Below are positions 50,321 to 62,123 of a stretch of 64,000 nucleotides of DNA, one piece after another; position 1 is the first letter of the stretch; each line of letters begins with the position of its first letter. Location of the stretch: the NCBI RefSeq assembly GCF_009914755.1, contig NC_060929.1; one strand, written 5' to 3'. Made by a program: the position numbers and the translations under genes. The notes under the pieces were generated by a model. The model was not told where the DNA came from and ran no database searches. It was given only the letters and a program-made list of their open reading frames with translations. This DNA comes from the human T2T-CHM13v2.0 reference genome, Homo sapiens.

Positions 50321-51144
50321 CTTTAACAAGATGAAGAGAAAAAAAAATCACCATCATCTCTGAATCTACGTGTTAAAGAATCTGCTAGACAGATGAAAAA
50401 AAATCCAGGTATGCAGTCTTAGAATTATACTGTAGTTCTATTTTACGTAAACATACAGTTAGAAAAGAGTAATTAATTGCAGTAGCATTCAGCAGAGGCA
50501 GTAGATGAGGCTGATGCTACAGCTAATTTGTTAGAATCTATCCACTAAACCCTCCTGATGGGCACCAAGGAAAATCCTTTCATTGATAGAGCAAACATCT
50601 GACTCAACAAGGCACAGTGCCAAGTAATGCCTAGAAATACAAAGTTATGTCCTAACGAGTATAATACAAAATTTAAAATAATACATATCAAGTAATAGGA
50701 GTGATAATAACCATTAATAAAACTACTGGTTATTAATAACAAACTAGTAACTAACAGAGTATGATAGATACAGTCTCAATTACTGGCTTCTTTTTAAAGC
50801 CAAGAACTCTTCTCTTTTTAGGGGTACAAAAAGGCAAACCACTCTAATGACTTTCGAGGCATTTATATCAAAAAGAATCTGTCACAGATTGTCATAGGGC
50901 CTGCAAGTCTTGGCACAACTGCAGTTTGTTACAGCAACAGAGGCAACAAGAGCTCTCCCAATATCAAAACTCACTAGGCAGTCCCTAAAGGTACTAACAG
51001 CCATCCCTATTGTCCTCCAAAAATAATACATGAATATTCCTCTCATGGTAATATAGAATTACTAAGAAAGATTCAAGAATCAGAGTTAGTACAAAGATGG
51101 AAAACAATTACACTTAACTTTTAGAGTGATAAAGGAAATCATAC

Positions 51145-51295
51145 CCAAGTCTATGGAACACTGCTATGTGTTTGACTGGCCATTTCTGCCTAATGTCACT
51201 ACAAATCTTTCTGACTTCATTTTCCGCCATGGGTAGATATGCTTCATATTCTAAGCTAATGACTTTTTTCCCTTCAAAGTTATTTCTTGTAGTCC
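51145..51295 (-). CDS. MOCS2: MOCS2B exon 5 ([50 protein letters not shown])
   Basis: aag|GGAC, GG|gtatga, 151 nt; LEYEAY and HRLG MoaE motifs. Confidence 0.96.
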
Positions 51296-51882
51296 CTTTA
51301 AAAATGAAAAAAAAGAAAAAGAAAACAATTAAAATAAGGTTTTTCCCTACAAAAGAAATAGCACGTTAATAAAAAAGGAATATTTTTAATAGTAAATTAA
51401 TAGTAAACAAGCAGCATACCAATTCTTCTAAAACTACTTTGAAATCTTCTAAAAACAAAATTTGATTAGGAAAATAAAACAGATCTTCACAAAGATGAGC
51501 ACTGATTAAGCAAGCTTACTAAAAACACTCACCTGGCAAACCGGGCAATATTCCTCTTCTGACTAATAGATACTTAAAAGGAAAATATTTATGTTCCCAG
51601 GACTATCAAGTACATTTTTACCTTCAATTTTGGAAAATCTAGAATTCTCTCTCCTAACAATGACTTTTATCCTACTTTTCAAAATGCCTTGTAATTTAAT
51701 ATAGGTTAATTTGAAGGTTACTAAAACAAAACAAGAACTAAAAAAAAGTCTACCCACCATCATCGGTAATCTTGGTTTAAAGTTCAGTATTTCAAACTCC
51801 TCCGTTAACACTGAACATGGAAAGCACATGCTAATTTCTATTGTCTTATACAGTGATAGATGCAATGAAAATTACAACTCAC

Positions 51883-52010
51883 CTACAAATAGGGATATTG
51901 CACCACAGAGCGGAGAAATCACCAACTGTGAGACTTCATCTACTGAAAGTTTCTCGGCAGTAAAGTTTATAACATCTTTAGATTTCTCTTCAACTTCATC
52001 CATATCTTTC
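51883..52010 (-). CDS. MOCS2: MOCS2B exon 4 (KDMDEVEEKSKDVINFTAEKLSVDEVSQLVISPLCGAISLFVG)
   Basis: tag|GAAA, TAG|gtgagt, 128 nt; MoaE-family CGAIxxFVG. Confidence 0.95.
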
Positions 52011-52458
52011 CTAGAAATAATACATTAACAAACCTTAACAGAAGTCCTAGGGGTAAAACACTCAACAACTTATAGGCTCTTTCAATTTATATTTTTTTCT
52101 ACATTATGTCGATGTAAAAGGAAGAGGCTGTGGCACAAAATATAGTTTACATGAGTCAAATCAAGGACAGTGGCCCAGGATGCTTCTAAGATACCTTGGG
52201 GAGTTCCTTTGGGGAGCACTCCCTCGGCCTTTGTTGCAAGCAGGTTTGTAAAGGCAAAGGGAACAAAAAGTGGGCTGATACAATGATACAAAGTTTCACC
52301 AAGAATTCTCACTGGCATACAGAGATAATGTTGATCACTGATTGGCTGTACACTGTTGAACTATAGGGTGGGTACAAGTTAGAGTGTCCAGCATATGGAC
52401 TTTATGGTTTCTTAGCTTCAGCTAGTCTGCAGCCCTCATAATAAGTGGCTTCAAGGGA

Positions 52459-52760
52459 CCAGTGGCTCACACCTGTAATCCCACCACTTTGGGAGGCCGA
52501 GGCGGGTGGATCATTTGGGGTCAGGAGTTTGAGACCAGCCTGGCCAACATGGTGAAACCCCGTCTCTACTAAAAATACAAAAATTAGCCAGGCGGTAGTG
52601 GCACACATCTATAATCCCAACTACTTGGGAGGCTGAGGCAGGAGAATTGCTTGAGCTTGGGAGGTGGAGGTTGCAGTGAGCTGAAACTGATCATGCCACT
52701 GCACTCCAGTCTGGGCGACAAAGTGATACCCCATCTCAAAAAAAAAAAAAGAAAAAAAAG
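52459..52760 (+). mobile_element. AluS element (antisense to MOCS2, intron 3)
   Basis: CAGTGGCTCACACCTGTAATCCC... dimer with A-tail. Confidence 0.9.
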
Positions 52761-54780
52761 GTAATGATGCAGCTTAATGGGGAGTGACATGACTGCCATT
52801 TCATTCCAGTGCCTTTCTGTGCCTCTTAATGTTTTATCTGACGGGCTCACATTCCTCAGATAAAAAGTTTCTTTTCTTTTTTTCCCCACCATTAAATGTG
52901 TTAGGAGGCATGATTTGATCTGAATGATAAAAATAAGCAAGTGTAAAAATTAACAAAACTCAATTATGTGTATAAATATTCATAATGAATCAGGCATGAC
53001 ATAAAAAGTAATCCATTATTAACATGATCACTAAAATATAATCTGTCTCAATGCCAATATATTCCAAATTCTGTAACTGCTATTCATATCTCCCATCAAG
53101 ATACAGTGGAGGTATTGCCACTTTCACCTACATGCCCATCCCCTCTCACCACTATGGTACCAAGCACCACACCTAAAGCTGTCTTTTTCTTTATCCAACA
53201 AAAAAGGAAGAACAGAAGTGACAGTGATTCTACTGGAACTGGGTTCCCTTCACAAACTGGCAAAACCCCAGGTAAGTAACTGAGGAAATAAGGGAATGAA
53301 CTGCACACTTACTTACTAGGTATTGTGCAAAGCCCTTTGCCATGCATTTCTCATTTAATTCCTCAAACATTACTACATACTCACTAAGGGCCAGAGACTA
53401 GGGCCAGGCACTAGATATCAATCAGGGGAGAAAGAAGCTCAAGCTCCTTTCCTCAGCGTGCTTACATTCAAATAGGAGAAACAAAGCATTACAGGAGAAA
53501 CTCAGAATTACAAATAGGGATAACTTATGGAAGTAAATAGGCTTCAGAGACAGAACCTGGGGTCTGGGGGAGATTTCTCTCAAGAGCCTCTATGAAAAGT
53601 TGCGACCTGAAAGATAAGGAGGAAGTCTTGTAAAGAAACCAGGGCACAGGCCCCCAGGCAGAGAGAGGGAGTGGCCAATGCCAAGGCACTGGGACAAGAA
53701 AGGGTGTGATGTGCTCCAGAACCTAGAACGAACGGAGAGAACTGGGCAGGCTGAGGCTGGACAGGTAGGTAGAATCTTGCAGGCAATGAGGAATATAATT
53801 ATTAATCCTGTAAGGTTTCATCTGAATTGAAAGACGAGAGAAAGAAGGCTCAGAGAAGTTAAGGAACTCACTCAAGGTGCTGAAATTCCAACCAAGGAGT
53901 ACTAGTTAAGCCAATGTTCTTTTTCCTATCTCCTTTCCACCACGGAAACAGCACAATTCTTTATATACCACTGGATTCCAGGATTTTTCATCTGCTACAC
54001 AAGCCGCCTAAGTGTCTTCCACCTCTTTTTCTTGCAATAAAATATAGGTAATATAAATATGGTCTACGAGTTTCAAACCATACTGAGTTCCCACAACTTC
54101 TGATTTTACGAGACTACTAAAACCTAGCTGGCAGGTTTTAAAAATGCATAATACCAGTCCTGCGAAACACATTCAAGTAACACACAATGCTTTTGAGTAA
54201 TCTTCGTAACCTTTTCAAAGAACAGCTGTAATTACCACAAATATCCCTTTAATGGTAGCCTATAGTTTTCTGAATAAATTCGAAATTCCAAAAAACTGCA
54301 TTTTTAGAACCTCCTGAAATCATGGTGGTGATATGGTGACCACAGTTTCTAAATAGCATTGAGATACATATCTGACAAGAGATTCTTCTATTATTTCCAG
54401 ATAGTAGGCCTGAGAAAGAAGCCTAGTGTTGACATGAGAGGCAATCTGTTTTACAGATTGATTCTTCATTTCTTGTGGCACTGCCCTCCAGGAGGGTGGG
54501 GAAAAAATGGGTGAAAAAAGATAAAAAGGCATCCTTGGCTTGCTCCTTTCTTTAATGGAACCAAGTTTTTGCCATTAAATATGATATTTACTCCTGATTT
54601 TGAATAAAAATCCTATCAAATTAAGAAAGTCTTCTTTCATTCCTAACTTACCAAGAGTTTTTATTCAGGGATGACTGTTAATTTCTACTGTTTGTTCCTC
54701 AGCTGACAATAAATTAAGCCTCATTCTGTCTGTACTTATAAGAAGCCTGATCTCTCCACACTATACTGAACAATGTTCTT

Positions 54781-54921
54781 GTACATTATCCTACTTGAAT
54801 ATGGACTAAGTTGTTTAGAAAGATGACAAGGTAGCATGGGTCAAAGAGCCACCTGCAACACAGCCATAACAATAAAGCTATTCCTTTAGTCCTGGGCAAT
54901 GATTAGCTCTCTTTTCAGGCA
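54781..54921 (+). repeat. Diverged direct repeat, copy A (partner at 57399-57537)
   Basis: Manual alignment, roughly 80% identity over ~140 bp. Confidence 0.85.
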
Positions 54922-55056
54922 TTATTAGCTGTGAAATTTTTCTACATTTTCCATGGCCGGGAGAGCTATTATCTAGTATTAGTAAGTGTGGTTGGAAAAA
55001 AGTACACAGACAGTCCAATAATATGAGTTCAAATGCTGTCTTTTGAAAACCTCTTG

Positions 55057-56468
55057 AATCCTCAGCAAAAAGAACAAAGCTGGAGGCATTACACTACCCA
55101 ACTTCAAACTATACCACAGGGCTACAGTAACCAAAACAGCATGGGACTGGTACAAAACAGGACACATAGACAAATGAAACAGAACCCAGAACCCAGAAAT
55201 AAAGCTTCACACCTACAACTATCTGATCTTCAACAAACCTACAAAAACAAGCAATGGGGAAAGGATACCCTATTCAATACATGGTGCTGGGATAACTGGC
55301 TAGCCATGTGCAGAAGACTGAAACTGGGCCCTTTCCTTATACCATATACAAATATTAACTCAAAATGGATTAAAGACTTAAATGTAAAACCAAAAACTAG
55401 AAAAACCCTGGAAGACAATCTAGGCAACACCATTCTGGACATAAGAACAAGCAAAGATTTAATGACAAAGAAGACTCAAAAAGCAATTGCAGCAAAAGCA
55501 AAAATTGACAAATGGGATCTAATTAAACTAAAGAGTTTTTGCATAGCAAAGGAAACTATCAACAGAGTGAATAGACAACCTACCGAATGGGAGAAAAATT
55601 TTGCAAACTATGCATCTGACAAATGTCTAACATCAGCATCTCTAAGGAATTTTTTAAAATTTATGAGAAAAAACAACCCCAATAAAAGTAGGCAAAGGAC
55701 ATGAACAGGAACTTTTCAAAAGAAGACATACATGTGGCCAACAATCATATGAAAAGAAAGCTCAACATCACTGATTATTAGAGAAATGCAAATCCCAACC
55801 ACAATGAGATACCATCTCACACCAGTCAGAAGAGCTATTATTAAAATAACAGATGCTGGCGAGGACGTGAAGAAAAAGGAATGCTTATACACTGCTGCAG
55901 GGAGTGTAAATTAGTTCAATCATTGTGGAAGACAGGGTGGCCTAGAGACTGAAATACCACTCAACCCAGCAATCCCATTACTGAATATATACCCAGAGAA
56001 ATATAATCGTTCTGTCATAAAGACACATGCACACGTCTGTTCACTGCAGCACTATTCACAATAGCAAAGACATGGAATCAACCTAAATGCCCATCAGTGG
56101 TAGACTGGATAAAGAAAATGTGGTACATATACACCATGGAATACTATGCAGCCATAAGAAAGAACGAGATCAAGTCCTTTGCAGGGACATGGATGGAGCT
56201 AGAGGCCATTATCCTTAGCCAACTAATGCGGGAACAGAAAACCAAATACCAAACGTTCTCACTTACAAGTGGGAGATAAATATTGAGTACACATGGACAC
56301 AAAGAAGGAAACCATAGACACTGGAGCCTACTTGAGGGTGGAGGGTGGGAGGAGGGAGAAGATTGAAAAAATAACTGATGGGCACTAGACTTAATACCTG
56401 GGTGACAAAATTATCTGTACAAGAAACCGCCATGATACAAGTTCCCCTGAACTTAAAAGTTAAATAAA
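55057..56468 (+). mobile_element. 5'-truncated older primate L1 (late L1PA/L1PB-like): ORF2 3' part plus 3'UTR
   Basis: ORF 55033..55704 ([19 protein letters not shown]...[14 protein letters not shown]) and ORF 56097..56279 (WIKKMWYIYTMEYYAAI) are L1 ORF2 C-terminal sequence, interrupted by stops and frameshifts. Confidence 0.92.
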
Positions 56469-56862
56469 TTCTTTTTAATTTGGCTCTTTCACTTATTAGC
56501 TATGTGATTAGCTATGTGATCAAAGGCAAGTTTTTTAAGTCTTCTGAATTTGTTTTTTTACCTGCAAAATATGGATATTAATATGTCACTGTGCCTGACA
56601 CATAAGATCTCAATAAACCATGTTAAATGAAACATATCAAACTGATATGTTTATTGTAATTAAACTGCTTACAATAGACTTGATGCAGAAATGGTGCTAG
56701 ATATTCATAAATCTGTTGGCACCAATGAAGAGTTGCTGCATCAATAAAGATTTGGTACAGACAGACTTACAAAGAATATACATTAACAGCAAACCACATA
56801 CACTTTATCATCTGTATGATCCTTCCCCACACGACTGATTAAGAAAAACAAATCTCACATAC

Positions 56863-56960
56863 CTAGATGGCTCAAAAGCACTATCCTCCACTAATGGGGG
56901 GGATAACGGCAATTTCGTCTCCAGGCTGAAGCACGAGGAGCTGATCTCCAAGCTCGACAT
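56863..56960 (-). CDS. MOCS2: MOCS2B first coding segment in exon 3 (MSSLEISSSCFSLETKLPLSPPLVEDSAFEPSR), +1 frame relative to MOCS2A
   Basis: ATG at 56960-56958; TAG|gtatgt donor; 98 nt; frame continues into exons 4-7. Confidence 0.94.
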
Positions 56961-57007
56961 ATTCTTGACGAACAGCAAATATTATCTGATTTCTAACATC
57001 AGCCAAT
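56881..57007 (-). CDS. MOCS2: MOCS2A exon 3 coding part (LADVRNQIIFAVRQEYVELGDQLLVLQPGDEIAVIPPISGG*); total 88 aa
   Basis: tag|ATTG acceptor; C-terminal PPISGG di-glycine of MoaD-family sulfur carriers; TAG at 56883-56881; 18+122+127=267 nt. Confidence 0.96.
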
Positions 57008-57398
57008 CTAAAGGGGAAAAAATATGACTCAAAGTATCAACGCTATGATAGACCTCAAATCGCTTCAGCTGCAATTAGAGATATTACATAGATATAATTA
57101 TATAAAGCATCACCTGCAAAATTACCAATTAAATTTACACATAGTATATGGAGAAAGGACATATCCACTGAAGAACATACTTATACACCACAAAGATACG
57201 TTAAACTGCTGTCAACTCTTTATTGGATGTTGTATGCCTTGGGGAATTAAACAACAAAAAAATGCACAAAAAACCCACCAGACTGGAGGCAACACTCAAA
57301 CCAGGTCAAAAGAAAAGTTTCCAATCAGTACATGGCCTTTCCAGGGTCCTTCTATCCATGTGTTCAAGCACAAGTATAACTGCCCACAAACTATGCCT

Positions 57399-57537
57399 GT
57401 ACACATTATCCTACTCGAATATGGATTAAGTTGCTTAGAAAGATGAAAAAGATAGCATAGGTCATAAAGCCACCTGCAACACAGCTTTATTAGCTGTTCC
57501 TTTATACCTGAACAATGGTAAGCTTTCTTTTCAGGCA
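57399..57537 (+). repeat. Diverged direct repeat, copy B (partner at 54781-54921)
   Basis: Shared blocks ACATTATCCTACT, TTAGAAAGATGA, AGCCACCTGCAACACAGC and TCTTTTCAGGCA. Confidence 0.85.
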
Positions 57538-58307
57538 CAGTGAAAACGTATACAAGACCTGCTGTCTCCCTCCAGGTAAAGCAGAATGGGAGACCCCACT
57601 GTGTTTTATTGATTATCAGGCCACTGTAAGAGCAACTTAAAAGATACGAAATCATGAAGTGGTTTGCTTTTAAACACTTATTATGGAGTATCTTTTACAC
57701 AGAACTAGGACTTCCAGGTTAAACACCTATACAAGCTAAGTAACACCATTAATATTCCTGAATCACCCTCAAATAAGTCACTTTTATATTTTGTTCCAAA
57801 AAGAACTTGAAGTGGGAATGACATAAGTAAAATTATAGGTTTTTCAAGAACCAGAAAAAAAATTAAATATTACAAAAACTCAAATTCAGCAGCATCTAGG
57901 ATTTGTTGTAACTCATTTTTCTTTCAATCTTAGAAATTTCTATGTTGAGCTCTCTAAAGAGAGGGGCAGAACAAAATGTTTAAAGCACACATTTTTAACA
58001 GAATTTGTAACAATTTCATTTAATGTTATAAAATTGCAGAAGTGACATGTGCAGTGTTTTGTAAATTATCAAAGAGAATATAATCATGTCCCTCTGCGGT
58101 TCACTGTGTTTTGGGGTAAAATATCTTTAACCTTTCTTAAAATACGGTGCACATTTAGAGTTTTTCAGGTGTTCCAAAAAAAATACAACTAACGATTCTT
58201 TTTGACATTAAGCACGGAAATCGAAATTAACCTTTTTACTTTTATCATTTATGTATTTTGAAAATATCTAAGTGTTACTCATATGCATTCTACAAATTTT
58301 TAACTAC

Positions 58308-58429
58308 CCAGGATGTCGAGTTTCTATCTCCTTCCACAGCTGCAACGCTTTTATTTCTTGAGGCACAGAAATGGTCTCTGAACGAACTCCTGTTATTTCA
58401 GCACTTTTTGCAAAATACAATACTTCAAC
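58308..58429 (-). CDS. MOCS2: MOCS2A exon 2 (VEVLYFAKSAEITGVRSETISVPQEIKALQLWKEIETRHPG); 5'UTR for MOCS2B
   Basis: cag|GTT, GG|gtagtt, 122 nt; MoaD/ThiS-like VLYFA motif. Confidence 0.95.
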
Positions 58430-59219
58430 CTGAAAGTAAAGAAAATGCTTTTAATAACAACTCATACTCGTTTTCTGACTGTCAATGTTGAGCAGTTTTC
58501 TCATTTTCCAAATGTATTGCTTTAATCAAAGACAAATTTTATAAAGAAAATTAAATAACCCGTAAAAAATTTCAGTATACCTACAAGTTCAAATTCTGAA
58601 AACTTGTTGTTTTAAATACAATTCAGACTAATTTCTGGATGCCTTTTAGTTTTACAAACTTAAGTGTGCCATCATTAAAATCCTAAGTATTTATCTTCTA
58701 GGAAAACATGTTAAGCCTGCCTTAATTGACATAAAAGTATAGCACCTTTTATAAATATGTAAGCAAAGAACAAATGTTTGAGTCAAGAGATGAGTTACAC
58801 AAATAAAATAAATGAATAAATAAGCGAAAAACCTGTTTCTCACGGTTGTCAAATGACCTTAGATTCCGGTCTGTATAACATCGTCCCCAGACGCTAAGGA
58901 TTAAGTTATGCAACATAGTAAATCTGACATTTACAGAAGCAAGTAGGTTTGAAACACACGACAGACTGGAATTTGCTAGAACAAACTTGTGCCAGCAGCC
59001 TGGTATGTAAGGGATCCGACGAAGTAAAATAGGCACCTGTCACTCCGTGCAAACAACTCTTTACGAAATAATTACAGGTTTGCAAATGATCAAGGGTGTA
59101 GAAATCCACAGATGAAGCACAGTTCTTCACAAGAATTCTCCATGAGGTGCATTTCTTTTTAGATTAAAATTTTAGCTTCATCAAAACGAATAATCTGGGA
59201 AAGAGGTGGTCATAAAAGG

Positions 59220-59700
59220 TGGAGGCGCCTTCAGAACGAGTCCGTCCTTGCTGCCGTGAGCTGACAAGAGTTCTCGGAGAGGACCCGACTTCTGCTGGGG
59301 CAGTCGCAGTAAAGCCCGGAGACAGGAAGGGCCCGGGGGCGGGGGCGGGGGCGCCCCCGAACCCAAGACGCCGGCCAGGTTGGGGGCTAGTGGGGAGGTC
59401 CGACTGACCAAGGCTGGGTATGTGGAGGGAAAGGGCGGGAGAGACACGTCGAGGAGGGCTCCGCACCCAGGCCCGCACGCACACCCGCCACCCTTACCTG
59501 GCACAGCGGCACCATCCCGCCTAGGACAGCGGGACCGAATCACGGCCGCAAAGGCGCAGGCGCGGGCTCACCCGGAGCGCAGGCGTAACCCGACGGCGCT
59601 CAGCCCCCGCCTGCGCCTGCACGGAGCATGCGCACAACCAGCTCCGCCACGCGCCGGGCTCTAGCTGTTTCCCTCAGGCGGCCTGTTCCACGCCAGGATT
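59220..59700. promoter_or_regulatory. CpG island / bidirectional TATA-less promoter of MOCS2
   Basis: Sharp rise in GC and CpG content; GC boxes at ~59335-59352; NRF1-like GCGCAGGCGC and GCATGCGCA motifs at 59554-59634. Confidence 0.88.
59498..59515 (-). CDS. MOCS2: MOCS2A exon 1 (MVPLCQ)
   Basis: gcgggATGg (G at -3 and +4); CAG|gtaagg donor; inside the CpG island. Confidence 0.93.
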
Positions 59701-59937
59701 AGTTTTGCTTCGCAGATGGGCCGTGGTGGTGAGAGGAAGCAATCAGTATGGAAATGGAGAAATGGCTTACCATGCATGTCCTTCTCCCCAGGAGGGAGGT
59801 CGTGGTGCAGGCGAGCAGACGCCAGACTCCTGGACACTTGCCGCCTGCGTTATGGAGGCTTAGCTAATAACCTTGCAGGGGTCTTCAGGCTTTTCCACTG
59901 GCTCACCTTTAGGCTTCTGACACTTTTACCTACGGTA

Positions 59938-60364
59938 TGTGAACCTCGAAAATTTGAGACAGGTCTCAGTTAACTTAGAAAGTTTATTTTGCCAACGTTG
60001 AGGACATGCCCGTGACACAGCCTCAGGAAGTCCTGAGGACATGTGCCCAAGGTGGTCAGGGCACAGCTTGGTTTTATACATTTTGGGGAGACAGGAGACA
60101 TCAATCAATATGTAAAAAGTACATTAGTTCCTTCCAGAAAGGCGGAGACCGTTAAAAGCAAGCCCCGCCCCCCCCAACTGGGGGCTTCCAGGTAGGTAAT
60201 AGACAGTAGCATTCTTTTGAGTTTCTGATAAGTCTTTCTAAAGGAGGCAATCAGAATATGCATCTATTCTTTGTCAGCAAAAGAGGTGACTTGGATAGAA
60301 TAGGAGGCAGATTTGCCCTGAGTAATTCCCAGTTTGAAGGGGCCCAAGATTTTTTTCTTTCCCA
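59938..60364 (-). mobile_element. MER4-group ERV1 LTR
   Basis: GAGACAGGTCTCAGTTAACTTAGAAAGTTTATTTTGCC...GACACAGCCTCAGGAAGTCCTGAGGACATGTGCCCAAGGTGG. Confidence 0.8.
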
Positions 60365-62123
60365 GGTATATGATTAGTGTTTCTTAAAGACAGAATATCC
60401 GCCTGGTCAGAACATTCGAACTGTATGACTTTTCCTGTTTATTGGCTGCTCGGTAATTGTATACTGTCCGTCCAACTTTCCCAATTCTTGCCAACAAGAA
60501 CTCTTGGCTTTAAATTGCTTGCGTCGTTAAGTGGATGTAAGTTACACGTCCCTTTCCTTGGAGCTCACAGTCCTGGGTAGGAGAGTTTTAAATATGAATG
60601 ATAATTCCCTGTAATACTAAGGATCTGTGTTACATTTCAAGGGTGGAAGGGGAAAGTGGTTGTGTCACCTGGGGAGTGAGAAGATGCTGAGAAGGTAAAT
60701 CTGCTAGAATGGTGGCAGTAAATGACAAGAGTGGGAGTAGAGCACGAAGAAATTTCACTTGCCTCTGACAAGCCACAGGGATATGAAGAAGCATAATAAG
60801 TTCACAGAAGGGCAAGTAGTTGGCAAGGCAGGTGTGCCTCCAGCAAAGGAGGTGATGAGAAGTGAGGCTGGAGAGTCCTTGGTAGGAAAAATTGACAAGG
60901 AGCAATGAATACCAATGTGTATCCTGGTAAAGTTGCTAAACATAAAGGATAAAGACTATATTCACACCCAGGCATAAAAACAAGGGAATGACAATAGTGG
61001 CCTTAGACTCCTCAGTGGCATCTGATGGCAATGTGCAGTGTGTAAAAAAGGCTGAGAACAAAAGCATGATCCCATAATATTACAGCCAAACTGGTGGGGC
61101 AGGATTCTCCTAAATCAGCAAAAACTCAAAAAACACAATACCCAAGAACCCTTCTTAAAAATCTTTCTTGGGCAAAAAGTCCACTCAATCAAGAGTAATC
61201 AAAGTAAATAACTCAGCAATAAAGGTATTAATATGGGAAAAATGAAAAACTAAAAAAACTGGCATTGAGATTTTAACCCATTCAAACGTAAAACTAAGAT
61301 ATCAATTATGGGATATGATTATAAAATAAAATGTAAATGACATCAGAATATTAAAAAAAAATGGAAACTGTCCAAAGTGGGAACATATAGTTACAAAATA
61401 TCAATTCAGGTTTCTTAATATTTTTCATAATCTTCTTTATTTTAGAAAATATTTTAGGAGCAACTATCTTTTACAAATAAACAATAATCTGATGATTTAT
61501 AATCCTATCAGTTTCACCAGTTATTTTGTTGATAAATTCAAGTAAATATAGGTCAATAATATTGCCTTGCTTTCATTTTTTTATTTTCTAATTCCTAATG
61601 AGGTGAATCTTTTCATATTTTCATTGAGCACTTATACTTCTCTGTGAAGTTTCTGTTCACATCGTTTATTCATTATGCTGTAGATATGACACAGTTCTTT
61701 TTTTTTTTACAAAATACAGCCCCATCTATAATTTGTGGATATGCAAGCAAAACTGATACCAAAATATTCCAGGCTTATTCCATAGGCTTTGATTTTACTT
61801 TTCTTATGAATTCATTAATTAAATCAGTGAATCATCACAATGGTATATAAATTATTTTAGTAATAGCAAAATGACTTTATGAACATTTGCATTTCACTTA
61901 AGCTACAATTTTTTGTGAAAACATAGTTGGAGCCACCATTTTCCCAGTTATTTTTACCATAAGGAATCCTATTTGGTTAAGAAAAAAAACAAGTTGAGGC
62001 AAAAACATTTCCATTTTGTTTTCAGATTGAAAAAAGACGAGATTCCATGAGACTAGAAATGTAGGAGCATCTCAGACCTTCACAGAACGCTCTGTTAGAA
62101 GATGAGAAACATAACGTTGCTTG

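Larger units (their letters stand above)
45465..59545 (-). other. MOCS2: MOCS2 gene (molybdopterin synthase small and large subunits), complete
   Basis: Seven minus-strand exons with GT-AG sites giving two overlapping ORFs; transcript ends estimated from the promoter and polyA signals. Confidence 0.95.

Noticed and set aside
55033-55704. Longest ORF in the track (223 aa) as a new gene
   Set aside because: It is a fragment of L1 ORF2 in a truncated, interrupted LINE-1
57024-57655. 140-aa and 119-aa ORFs over direct-repeat copy B
   Set aside because: No protein similarity recognised, and copy A does not preserve a comparable frame
59164-59973. Several 60-120 aa ORFs around the MOCS2 promoter
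   Set aside because: Stop-poor CpG-island sequence gives Pro/Gly/Arg-rich spurious ORFs
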